DNA of 64,000 nt from Candidatus Poriferihabitaceae bacterium (GTDB lineage: Bacteria > Pseudomonadota > Gammaproteobacteria > Arenicellales > Poriferihabitantaceae). The notes beneath the pieces were generated by a model, which did no database searches, was not told the origin of the DNA, and saw only the letters and a list, made by a program, of their open reading frames with translations. A program made the position numbers and the translations under genes. The stretch spans positions 1,132,515-1,196,514 of the forward strand of contig OZ243941.1 of assembly GCA_965214205.1 (NCBI GenBank), given 5' to 3'. Shown here piece after piece: positions 55,825 through 64,000 of this stretch (position 1 is the stretch's first letter; the number at the start of each line of letters is the position of its first letter).

Positions 55825-57099
55825 GTGAGCGAAACATTCGAAAAACCGGCCGCCATTTCAGTCGTCATTCCCGCGCGTGACGAGCGGGACACGGTCGCTA
55901 CTGTGGTCAGGGCCGCTCTTTCGTGCTCCCTGGTCGATGAAGTGGTTGTGGTCGATAACGGTTCCACCGATAACACGGCTGAGGAGGCCAGGGCCGCTGG
56001 CGCGAAAGTCCTGAGTGAACCGGTTGCCGGGCAGGGCAACGCGCTGCGAATGGGTTATGCCGCGGCGCGCAATGACTGGGTTGTAAAACTCGACGCCGAC
56101 CTTACCGGGTTCAGCCCGACCCTGGTGGAGGCGCTGCAGGGCGCGGTCAGTCCGGGAGTGGGGCTGGTCAAGGGGTTGTGGTTTGACGCCAACGACAATA
56201 TGCCAATGACCCGTTTGATGGTCACCCCCGCGATTGCAATTATGTTTCCCGGTTTGTCGCATATCCGCGCCGTCAATTCCGGCCTGTTCCTGTTTGACCG
56301 GTCACGTATCGCAATCTGTGAACTGACCGACGGTTATGGCGCGGACCTGGATGTGATGCTGCGTATGCACACGGCGGGATGGAAAACGGTTGAAGTGGAA
56401 ATCGGTCAGATCAGCCACAACACACGCAATCTCGAGCACTACAACAAGATGTCGGAAACCCTGCTTCGATTCCTGATCGACCGCCATGAACAGGCTGCCC
56501 GCAATCATCTATTTATCGTGACCCACGCCGCCGAAGACATCATCACCTGTTCTCTCGGTCTGGTTGCGAAAAAACTGAAAAGCGGCAGCCGCGTCACCGC
56601 GTTTCTTGGTCAGGACCGGGGGTGCGGGGTGGACATACTGCGCGAGGTTCTGGCCGATTACCCCACATTTTCAATTGAACCGATAGCCGCGGTCGATGAT
56701 CTTAATGTACTGCCGTCCCGGCGCAAGACCACCATCATTACCAGTTGCTTTTCCCGGGTGGCCGACGCGGATGATCCGATTGTCAGCGCGGCCCTCAGGC
56801 TGCAGGGCAAATTCAACAAAACCGGTCGGCACGGGATTCTGCTGATGATGCCGGTTCACGAAAACAGCCGGTTCGCGACCGATTTCCGTCCGGATGTCCG
56901 GGTCGATGTCAGCCAGGTCGTCCAGTTGAAAAAATGCGCGCAGGAGGCGTTGGGCGAAGGCGGCGAAGTAGCCCGCGAGTGGATCAACGAAAGCGGCATG
57001 GTCCGGCTGCAGTGGAACGGGCAGTTCAATCCGGAGGCCACCGAATCCTTCCAGGCTTTCGACCACAAGGACATTTCTCCGCCGTTCGTTATCCTGTAG
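55825..57099 (+). CDS. GpgS-like (GT81-type) GT-A glycosyltransferase fused to a C-terminal LmbE/PIG-L-like domain
   Basis: 424 aa with GTG start after GAGGA. The N-terminal half has SVVIPARDE...VVVVDNGSTDNTAEEA...GQGNALRMG...KLDADL...GYGADLDVML, collinear with glucosyl-3-phosphoglycerate synthase-type enzymes. The C-terminal half begins LFIVTHAAEDIITCSLGLVAKKLKSGSRVTAF, resembling the AHPDDE start of LmbE-like deacetylases but degenerate. Confidence 0.7.
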   Translation: MSETFEKPAAISVVIPARDERDTVATVVRAALSCSLVDEVVVVDNGSTDNTAEEARAAGAKVLSEPVAGQGNALRMGYAAARNDWVVKLDADLTGFSPTLVEALQGAVSPGVGLVKGLWFDANDNMPMTRLMVTPAIAIMFPGLSHIRAVNSGLFLFDRSRIAICELTDGYGADLDVMLRMHTAGWKTVEVEIGQISHNTRNLEHYNKMSETLLRFLIDRHEQAARNHLFIVTHAAEDIITCSLGLVAKKLKSGSRVTAFLGQDRGCGVDILREVLADYPTFSIEPIAAVDDLNVLPSRRKTTIITSCFSRVADADDPIVSAALRLQGKFNKTGRHGILLMMPVHENSRFATDFRPDVRVDVSQVVQLKKCAQEALGEGGEVAREWINESGMVRLQWNGQFNPEATESFQAFDHKDISPPFVIL

Positions 57100-58363
57100 C
57101 TGATCCGCGTTGCGTTGACCTGTTCCAGGCCAGATAATTGCGTTGAATGGCAATTTGATCCGCCAGATATCTGGCGTCATGCCAGACCCCCCATATAAAG
57201 GATGACCCCCGGCGTGACAACCAGGGCAGACCCAGAAAATAGATTCCCGGTTCGCTGGACACTCCCCGCTCGTGCTTCGGGTTGCCGTTTTTGTCAAACG
57301 CGTCCACATTCAGCCAGCCAAAATCCGTGGTAAAGCCGGTTGCCCAGACGATGGAGGTGATGCCAGCGCCCGCCAGATCCAGTTCAAGAACAGGGTTTGT
57401 CACACAGGCCGGGTCCGGTTCGACTGCGCGGGCCTCGGGCTCTTCCGGGAAATCCACGCCATTGCGGGCAATCCAGGCATCGGCCTGGTCCAGCACGGAC
57501 AATGTGTTCCTGTTTCCCGATTCAATATTTTCCGCCAGGTCGTTGGCAAAACGCATTACGCCATCCTGGTATGATTCCGTTCGTCCAACCAGTGTCATGC
57601 CCCGCGCGGCCATCCGTTTGAAGCTCACGGTCTCGCCGCCGTGGGCGCCGCTCACGGCGATCGTGACGTGTTCCGTACCGGGGTCGGGAGTCGTGGTTTC
57701 CCACTTGCCGAGCACGCCCAGCCACCAGACGAAATCCTGTCCCCGGTAACTGCGGGGAGGCAGGTCGTGGGGGCCGACTGAGAGATAAACCCGTTTCCCC
57801 GCGCGCAAAAGCTCGTCCGCAATTTGCGCCCCGGAAGACCCGGCGCCCACCACCAGCACGCTGCCTTGCGGCAGTTGCGCGGGGTTGCGGTAGGCGCTGG
57901 AATGAATCTGAAAGATTCCCGCGTCATCCGGAATCATGCCCGGTATGGCGGGATTCTGGAACGGTCCGGTGGCGGCCACCACACTGTCCGCTTCGATCAT
58001 CCCTTCCGAAGTTTCAACGCGGAAACCGCGCTGTCCGGGATTGCGCTCAACCCGCCTGACCTCCACGCCGCATCGAATGGGGGCGTTGATCATTTTTGCG
58101 TAGGCCACGAAATATTCCGCTACTTTCTCCTTTGGCGCGAACGCGTCCGGATCAAAATCGGTAAACTCCAGGTTTGGGAACCGGTCATGCCAGACCGGGC
58201 CGTTCGCGACCAGGGAATCCCACCTTTCGGAGCGCCACCGTTCGGCGATACGATGTCGTTCCAGAACGAGGTGGGGTATGCCGTGGTTTCCCAGATGCTC
58301 GCTCATGGCGATGCCAGCCTGCCCGCCGCCCACTACCAGAACTTCGATGCTTTCAACGGTCAT
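57089..58363 (-). CDS. Flavin-containing monooxygenase-like NAD(P)/FAD-dependent oxidoreductase (COG2072/CzcO type)
   Basis: 424 aa with two dinucleotide folds, VLVVGGGQAGIA and VLVVGAGSSGAQIA. Confidence 0.8.
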   Translation of the reverse strand: MTVESIEVLVVGGGQAGIAMSEHLGNHGIPHLVLERHRIAERWRSERWDSLVANGPVWHDRFPNLEFTDFDPDAFAPKEKVAEYFVAYAKMINAPIRCGVEVRRVERNPGQRGFRVETSEGMIEADSVVAATGPFQNPAIPGMIPDDAGIFQIHSSAYRNPAQLPQGSVLVVGAGSSGAQIADELLRAGKRVYLSVGPHDLPPRSYRGQDFVWWLGVLGKWETTTPDPGTEHVTIAVSGAHGGETVSFKRMAARGMTLVGRTESYQDGVMRFANDLAENIESGNRNTLSVLDQADAWIARNGVDFPEEPEARAVEPDPACVTNPVLELDLAGAGITSIVWATGFTTDFGWLNVDAFDKNGNPKHERGVSSEPGIYFLGLPWLSRRGSSFIWGVWHDARYLADQIAIQRNYLAWNRSTQRGSATG

Positions 58364-58395
58364 TGTGATCGGTATGAGCGCCGGGCGCCGTCGAT

Positions 58396-59424
58396 TCAGG
58401 CGCCTTCAAAACCGGTCAGTACGTTGACGGTGTTGATACCGATTTCCTCGACCGCATAACCGCCTTCCATCACGAACAGGGTCGGTAATTTCAGGTCGGC
58501 GAGGATGCTACCGTAATGGAGGAAATCCGCGCTTTTGAGTTTGAAAAAGGAGATCGGGTCGCGCTCGAACGTGTCCACCCCAAGGGATACGATCAAGGCA
58601 TCCGGCGAGTATGCCGCGATCTGTTTGCAGGCATCGCGCAGAGCCTCTGCCCAACTCCGGTAAGGTGTGCCCGGAGCCATCGGATAGTTATGATTGTAGC
58701 CCTGTCCCTCACCGGCGCCGGTTTCGTCGGCATAACCCAGAAAATGGGGAAAGGCATGGCGCGGGTCGCCGTGCAGCGAGGCGTACAGGACATCGGGGCG
58801 ATCATAAAATATCGCCTGGGTGCCGTTGCCGTGGTGGAAATCCACATCGAGAATCGCCGCCCGCCCGGCTCCCTGATCGAGAAACGCCTGCGCGCATACC
58901 GCGGCGTTATTGATGAAACAGTAGCCGCCGTACAGGTCTCCCGCCGCGTGATGTCCGGGTGGGCGGCACAATGCGAACGCCGAATTTCCCCCCTGGCTAA
59001 TCATCTGTTGCGCCGTCAGGGCGACATCGGCGCTGGCGCGCGCCGCCTCCCATGTGCCATCGCTGATCGAGGTTTCCATCGCCATGGCATAGTATCCCAG
59101 CTTGCCTTCGATGAAGTCCGGGACCCTCTGCCGCATGCCTCGTACTGGAACGACAGACGGAATCGCCTCGCCGTTGAAACCTTCTGCCTGCCATTCGGAC
59201 CAGCAGTTCTCCAGAAAGTCGATGAAGTCCGGGTCATGGATTCTCAGGATTTGATCCAGCCCGAACCGGGTCGGCCCGATGATTTCGCCGAGTTCCACCT
59301 GACGCAGGCGGGCGAGTACATATTCCATTCGCTCCGGGCATTCGAACGGGCGTACCAGTTCGCCGCCATACAGTTCAGTGCGGGCATTTCTCAAAGTATG
59401 ATCGGGGCTGTATACTGTACGCAT
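58396..59424 (-). CDS. aphA: Acetylpolyamine amidohydrolase (histone deacetylase-family)
   Basis: Start set at MRTVYSPDH (ATG 59424). RNARTELYGGELVRPFE, CRPPGHHA, DVDFHHGNGTQ, FPHFLGYADETG and VMEGGY are collinear with Mycoplana ramosa AphA as I recall it. Confidence 0.85.
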   Translation of the reverse strand: MRTVYSPDHTLRNARTELYGGELVRPFECPERMEYVLARLRQVELGEIIGPTRFGLDQILRIHDPDFIDFLENCWSEWQAEGFNGEAIPSVVPVRGMRQRVPDFIEGKLGYYAMAMETSISDGTWEAARASADVALTAQQMISQGGNSAFALCRPPGHHAAGDLYGGYCFINNAAVCAQAFLDQGAGRAAILDVDFHHGNGTQAIFYDRPDVLYASLHGDPRHAFPHFLGYADETGAGEGQGYNHNYPMAPGTPYRSWAEALRDACKQIAAYSPDALIVSLGVDTFERDPISFFKLKSADFLHYGSILADLKLPTLFVMEGGYAVEEIGINTVNVLTGFEGA

Positions 59425-59550
59425 TGCAATTACCGTCATCCGGGAAGCGGGATTCCATATCAACGATAAGATAACCGGTATCGAAAATCAATCAAAATAC
59501 CAATTTACCTGATACAGACTTGCGAGTTAAATTCAACAAGAGGTTTCTCC

Positions 59551-60981
59551 ATGATCGACACAAATGAACAGCAGCCAGGCCAGCAATGCGACACGCAGTA
59601 TGATTCGCAGGAAATCTGGGAGAAAGACAGGAGCCATCATCTGCATCCGTGGACTGATTTTTCCACTTTCAAGGACCGGGGGTCGCTGATTCTGGCCGAG
59701 GCTAACGGCGCTTATGTGTCCGATGCCCAGGGCAATACCTATCTCGATGGCATCGGCGGGTTATGGTGTGTCAATGTGGGTTACGGACGTCGGGAGATTG
59801 CACAGGCGATGGCCGAACAGGCCGAGAAAATGGTGTACTACTCCTCGTTCGGCCACCATACTTCGGTGCCCGCGGCGGAACTGGCCCACAAACTGGCGTC
59901 ATTGGCGCCGGACGGGCTTGAGCATATCCAGTTCGGCACCGGCGGTTCCATGGCTAATGATACCGCGATCCGCATGGTTCATTATTACTTTAACCGCCTC
60001 GGCAAAAAAACCAAGAAAAAAATCATCACCCGCCACGACGGCTATCACGGCAGCACCTATCTGGCGATGTCACTGACCGGCGTCGCATTCGACCATCAGG
60101 GTTTTGACATTATCGAGGATGGATTGATCCAGCGTGTCTCCGCGCCCAATACCTACCGCCGTCCCGACAATATGTCGCCGGACCAGTTTTGCGATTTTCT
60201 GGTTGAGGAGTTCGAGGACAAGATCAACGCGCTTGGCCCTGAAAATGTCGCCGCATTTATCGCGGAACCGATCATGGGGGCTGGCGGAGTGATCGTCGCG
60301 CCGCCGGGTTATCACGCCAGGATGCTGCAGGTTTGCCGCAAATACGAGGTTCTGTACATTGCCGACGAAGTGGTCACCGCATTCGGGCGCCTCGGTCATT
60401 TCTTTTCTTCGCAAGACGTGTTCAACATGGTTCCGGATATCATCACCAGCGCCAAGGGCTTGTCTTCGGCATACGCTCCACTGTCTGCGACGATTCTGTC
60501 CGACCAGTTTTATGATGTGATCAGCGTACCCCAGGCCGACGGCGCTTTGCTGACCCATGGATTCACCTATTCCGGCCATCCGGTATGCTGCGCCGCGGCC
60601 CTGAAAAACATCGAAATCATCGAACGGGAGGATTTGTGCGGTCATGTCCGCGAGGTTGGCCCTTATTTTCAGAGGCAACTGGAAACTCTCGGTGATCTGG
60701 ACATTGTCGGCGATGTGCGCGGCAGTCATTTCATGATGTGCGTGGAAAATGTGGCCAACAAGCAAACCGGGGAGCTGCTGGCGGCGGAGATCCAGGTCGG
60801 CAACCGGATCGCGGACGCCGCCCAGAAGCGCGGGGCGCTGGTGCGGCCGATTGCCCACCTGAATGTACTTTCCCCGCCACTGATATTGAGTCGGGAACAG
60901 ATCGACACTCTGGTTTCCGCGCTCAGAGAATCCATTGTCGAGGTGATGGATGATTTGACGCGTGAAGGAGCCTGGAAGTAA
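59551..60981 (+). CDS. Class III (omega) aminotransferase, putrescine/polyamine-pyruvate aminotransferase-like (SpuC-like)
   Basis: 476 aa with HLHPWTDF, GGLWCVNVGYGRREI, ADEVVTAFGRLG and the PLP lysine in TSAKGLSS. Confidence 0.85.
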   Translation: MIDTNEQQPGQQCDTQYDSQEIWEKDRSHHLHPWTDFSTFKDRGSLILAEANGAYVSDAQGNTYLDGIGGLWCVNVGYGRREIAQAMAEQAEKMVYYSSFGHHTSVPAAELAHKLASLAPDGLEHIQFGTGGSMANDTAIRMVHYYFNRLGKKTKKKIITRHDGYHGSTYLAMSLTGVAFDHQGFDIIEDGLIQRVSAPNTYRRPDNMSPDQFCDFLVEEFEDKINALGPENVAAFIAEPIMGAGGVIVAPPGYHARMLQVCRKYEVLYIADEVVTAFGRLGHFFSSQDVFNMVPDIITSAKGLSSAYAPLSATILSDQFYDVISVPQADGALLTHGFTYSGHPVCCAAALKNIEIIEREDLCGHVREVGPYFQRQLETLGDLDIVGDVRGSHFMMCVENVANKQTGELLAAEIQVGNRIADAAQKRGALVRPIAHLNVLSPPLILSREQIDTLVSALRESIVEVMDDLTREGAWK

Positions 60982-60996
60982 TTTTTACAGGAAACA

Positions 60997-62136
60997 TTGT
61001 TAAAGGATCAGGTGACAAGCGATACTTCCATGACCAGCAGCGTCTTCGCCGTAAACGGAATCTCGGTTACCAAAACCTATGGCGCCGGTTCGTCCGCGGT
61101 GACCGCGTTGAATGACGTGTCGATCGCCATTGAGGACAATGAATTTTTCACCCTGCTCGGCCCCTCCGGCTGCGGCAAGACCACATTGCTGCGCTGCATT
61201 GCCGGATTCGAGCAATTGACCGATGGCCGGATTCTGTTGTTTGACGAGGAAATAGACCATCTGCCGCCGAACAAGAGGCCGGTCAATACCGTGTTCCAGC
61301 ACTATGCGCTGTTTCCCCACATGTCGGTGGCCGATAACATCAGCTTCAGCCTGAGGATGTTGAAACGTGGTGACCAGGAGATCAGGCAGGCTGTTCAGAA
61401 GATGCTGGAACTCGTCCACATGTCCGAATACGCCGACCGCCGGCCGACCCAGTTGTCAGGCGGCCAGCAACAGCGGGTGGCGCTGGCCCGGGCATTGGCG
61501 AGTCATCCAAAGGTGCTGCTTCTGGATGAACCACTGTCCGCGCTGGACCTGAAGTTACGCCAGCGAATGCGGGTGGAATTGAAACAGCTTCAGGAGGAAA
61601 CCGGGATTACCTTCATCTTTGTCACCCACGATCAGGAGGAGGCGTTGACCATGAGTGACCGCATCGCGGTCATGTCGGACGGCAGAATTCAACAGACCGG
61701 GACGCCGATGGAGATTTACGAGCGCCCGGTCAGTCATTTCGTCGCCGACTTTATCGGCGAAACCAATTTTCTGGAAGCTGTCATTCAATCCGTGGATGCC
61801 GACAGCGCCTGTTGCCGCCTTGTCGGCGGGGCGCGGTTGACGGCCCGCCTCACCACCTCGAAACAACCCGGTGACCGGGTCACGATTTCGGTTCGCCCGG
61901 AAAAGATCCTGCTGACCGCCAGAAGCGATGTTTCCAACAGCCCTGACGGCCGCATTGACGGCATCGTCGAGAGACTGGTCTACCTGGGCACCGATACGCA
62001 TTATCAGGTCAGGCTGGATCAACAGACCACACTGCTCGCCCGAATCCAGAACAGCGCCGAATCAGAGAAATTCGGGGGAAACGACGCAGTTTCCGTGGTG
62101 GTCGATCAGTCGGCTTGCAGCGTGTTGGCGGATTGA
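60997..62136 (+). CDS. potA: Polyamine (spermidine/putrescine-type) ABC transporter ATP-binding protein
   Basis: Walker [10 protein letters not shown], signature [15 protein letters not shown], Walker [12 protein letters not shown] and a C-terminal TOBE-like domain. The start is either TTG 60997 or ATG 61030. Confidence 0.9.
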   Translation: MLKDQVTSDTSMTSSVFAVNGISVTKTYGAGSSAVTALNDVSIAIEDNEFFTLLGPSGCGKTTLLRCIAGFEQLTDGRILLFDEEIDHLPPNKRPVNTVFQHYALFPHMSVADNISFSLRMLKRGDQEIRQAVQKMLELVHMSEYADRRPTQLSGGQQQRVALARALASHPKVLLLDEPLSALDLKLRQRMRVELKQLQEETGITFIFVTHDQEEALTMSDRIAVMSDGRIQQTGTPMEIYERPVSHFVADFIGETNFLEAVIQSVDADSACCRLVGGARLTARLTTSKQPGDRVTISVRPEKILLTARSDVSNSPDGRIDGIVERLVYLGTDTHYQVRLDQQTTLLARIQNSAESEKFGGNDAVSVVVDQSACSVLAD

Positions 62137-62146
62137 GCGGATTGAC

Positions 62147-63052
62147 ATGACTTCCACGGCAGCGGAGCAACGCAACCGGAGAGCCCGCCTCCTGCTGCTT
62201 TCCCCAGCGTTGCTGCTGGTCATCTGTTTTCTGGTTCTGCCGCTTTGCATCATTGTCGTCTATTCGTTTCTGACTCCGGGCACTTACGGCGGCGTGATCT
62301 GGGATTTTTCCTTCGAGTCCTACATCCAGTTTCTGTTCGAGCGGGATCTTTTCGATGACACTCTGGTATTTTCTTCGGCGTATCTGCAGATCTATTTCCG
62401 GTCATTCGTACAGGCGCTGGTCACAACCATCGCCTGTTTCCTGATCGGATTCCCCACCGCCTGGTATATCGCGACCCTGCCTGAGCGAAAAAAATACATG
62501 TGGGTGCTGTTGATTACCGTGCCATACTGGATCAATCTGCTGATCAGAACCATCGCGATGCTGTTTCTGGTACGCAATGAAGGGCCGCTCAATTATGCGC
62601 TGATATCCAGCGGCCTGATTGATGAGCCGATCAAGATCGCCTATACCAATTACGGGGTGGGGATCGGCCTGATCTACACGTATCTGCCGTTCATGGTATT
62701 GCCGTTGTACGCCGCGATCGAACGGTTCGATTTCCGTCTGGTGGAGGCGTCATACGATCTGTACGCTAATCGCTGGATTATTTTGCAAAAGATCATTTTC
62801 CCGCTGATCGTGCCTGGCATTGTCGCCGGGTCCTTGCTGGTGTTCATTCCAAGCCTGGGTTCCTTTATCGCGCCGGACCTGCTCGGAGGCGGGAAGAACC
62901 TGATGATCGGAAACCTGATCGCGCTGCAGTTTCAGGGCTCTCGCAACTGGCCGTTCGGCTCGGCCGCCGCCGTGATATTGATGACGGTGGTTTTGTGCGC
63001 GCTGATGCTGTATATCCGCCAGCAGAGCAGAAACCGTTTGCAGTTGCACTGA
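62147..63052 (+). CDS. potB: Polyamine ABC transporter permease (PotB-like)
   Basis: Start set at MTSTAAEQ (ATG 62147); the ORF-track extension overlaps potA. Has six TM segments and an EAA-loop region (EASYDLYANRW). Confidence 0.85.
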   Translation: MTSTAAEQRNRRARLLLLSPALLLVICFLVLPLCIIVVYSFLTPGTYGGVIWDFSFESYIQFLFERDLFDDTLVFSSAYLQIYFRSFVQALVTTIACFLIGFPTAWYIATLPERKKYMWVLLITVPYWINLLIRTIAMLFLVRNEGPLNYALISSGLIDEPIKIAYTNYGVGIGLIYTYLPFMVLPLYAAIERFDFRLVEASYDLYANRWIILQKIIFPLIVPGIVAGSLLVFIPSLGSFIAPDLLGGGKNLMIGNLIALQFQGSRNWPFGSAAAVILMTVVLCALMLYIRQQSRNRLQLH

Positions 63053-63864
63053 TGAAACCGGACAAAAAGACACGCGACCTCAAGCAATATCCCGGTTTCG
63101 GGGGCATTACCTGGGCCTGTATGATATTCCTGTACGGCCCGCTGGTTATCATTGCCTTGTACTCGTTCAACGAGATTCGATCCATTACCGTATGGGGCGG
63201 ATTCAGTTTTTCCTGGTATGTGAAAGCGTTCAATAACGACCTGATCCAGCGCGCCACCTGGAACTCCATCGTCATTGCCGTGTCAGCGGCGACCCTGGCG
63301 ACGATATTTGCCACGACAGCGGCGCTGGCCATCATTCGCAATCGACGCTTTCGGGGCCGGGAGGTGAGTATCGGCCTTATCAGTCTGCCGCTCATGGTGC
63401 CTGAAATCGTGACTGCGATCGCGTCACTGGTATTTTTCGTTCTGGTCGGTATCCCGCTCGGAATCGGCAGCATCCTGTTGGCCCATACCGTGTTCTGCAT
63501 TCCCTTTGCCTACCTGCCGATCACGGCGCGGCTCGAAGGCATTGAAGGCCACTACGAGGAGGCGGCCAAGGACCTGTACGCCAGTGATTGGCAGGCGTTC
63601 CGGTATGTCATGCTGCCGATGCTGTTTCCCGGTATCGTAGCCGGATTCATCCTGGCGTTCATTATTTCGCTGGATGATTTCATCATTACCAATTTCGTGG
63701 CCGGACCGGGCGCCACCACCCTGCCGCTGGCGATATATGGCCTGGTCCGCACCGGGCTGACACCGGAAATAAACGCTGTATCAACCCTGCTTTTACTTGT
63801 TTCGATTATTTTTGTTACACTCTCGTATCTTTTGGGCAGAAAGCGTGACCAGAGCGTCCACTAG
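63052..63864 (+). CDS. potC: Polyamine ABC transporter permease (PotC-like)
   Basis: Start set at MKPDKKTR (ATG 63052, TGATG overlap with potB). EAA loop EEAAKDLYASDWQAF. Confidence 0.85.
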   Translation: MKPDKKTRDLKQYPGFGGITWACMIFLYGPLVIIALYSFNEIRSITVWGGFSFSWYVKAFNNDLIQRATWNSIVIAVSAATLATIFATTAALAIIRNRRFRGREVSIGLISLPLMVPEIVTAIASLVFFVLVGIPLGIGSILLAHTVFCIPFAYLPITARLEGIEGHYEEAAKDLYASDWQAFRYVMLPMLFPGIVAGFILAFIISLDDFIITNFVAGPGATTLPLAIYGLVRTGLTPEINAVSTLLLLVSIIFVTLSYLLGRKRDQSVH

Positions 63865-63912
63865 CGCCTGAACCCATTACTGATTACCAATAACCATCCG
63901 AAGGAGGAGAAC

Positions 63913-64000
63913 ATGAAAAAAATCCTGCGCGTATTTACCGCGTTGCTATGTCTTGTATTCGTATCCGGCCCGGTAATGGCTGAAGGCAAGCTCAATATCT
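63913..64000 (+). CDS. Polyamine ABC transporter periplasmic binding protein (PotD/PotF-like), first 29 codons only
   Basis: AAGGAGGAG SD followed 4 nt later by the ATG. MKKILRVFTALLCLVFVSGPVMAEGKLNI is a signal peptide followed by the LNIY(NW)-type start of the PotD/F family. The gene runs off the window. Confidence 0.7.
   Translation, partial: MKKILRVFTALLCLVFVSGPVMAEGKLNI

Noticed and set aside
57089-57099. 11-bp overlap of the convergent stop regions of the GT-fusion gene and the FMO gene
   Set aside because: Tail-to-tail overlaps of this size are common in compact genomes. No hairpin or other signal is visible, so it is not a separate feature.
60004-60022. Two A7 homopolymer runs inside the aminotransferase gene as possible slippage sites
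   Set aside because: They simply encode the lysine-rich loop LGKKTKKKII. The reading frame is intact and nothing suggests programmed frameshifting.
1-64000. Scan for rRNA, tRNA, CRISPR arrays, IS elements, integrases and prophage genes
   Set aside because: No intergenic region is long enough or has cloverleaf-like or repeat-spacer structure. No ORF shows DDE transposase, tyrosine/serine recombinase or phage structural motifs. A covariance-model search (tRNAscan-SE/Infernal) would be needed to exclude small RNAs formally.

Overview
Gene-dense 64-kb chromosomal segment with about 60 protein-coding genes on both strands, moderately GC-rich. The proteins look gammaproteobacterial and marine-type, but the exact taxon cannot be determined without a database search. 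Housekeeping anchors are acnA (partial, runs off the left edge), hemJ, divergent argG/argF, wrbA, hda, purM-purN and folE. Accessory modules sit between them: (1) an envelope-glycolipid cluster (GT9, LpxL-type acyltransferase, TIGR04282/TIGR04283-type transferase pair); (2) two AT-rich vapBC toxin-antitoxin pairs; (3) an ABC-2 exporter; (4) a tctABC tripartite tricarboxylate transporter operon ending in a CoA-acylating aldehyde dehydrogenase and an AMP-forming CoA ligase; (5) a 5.1-kb Calx-beta autotransporter gene whose only canonical start codon lies inside an 8-bp tandem repeat abutting an extended -10 box; (6) two TRAP transporters, one with a 344-aa DctQ and an 886-aa DctM carrying a 330-aa soluble coiled-coil-like tail; (7) a folE / SABATH-like methyltransferase pair; (8) a CapD/WbpM-type dehydratase; (9) an acyl-CoA ligase / DapA-like / BKACE / FAD-oxidase cluster; (10) a sulfotransferase next to a GpgS-like glycosyltransferase fused to a degenerate LmbE-like domain; (11) a polyamine module (aphA, FMO, class-III aminotransferase, potABC and the start of potD/F, running off the right edge). 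I recognised no rRNA, tRNA, CRISPR array, transposase or integrase, and only one classical transcription factor (LysR). All functional calls rest on motif-level reading of the translated ORFs, not on database searches. The most checkable novelties are the octanucleotide repeat/promoter/start-codon arrangement, the tailed TRAP permease, the Sau-like TTT operon, the folE-SABATH pair and the sulfotransferase/GT-fusion pair.
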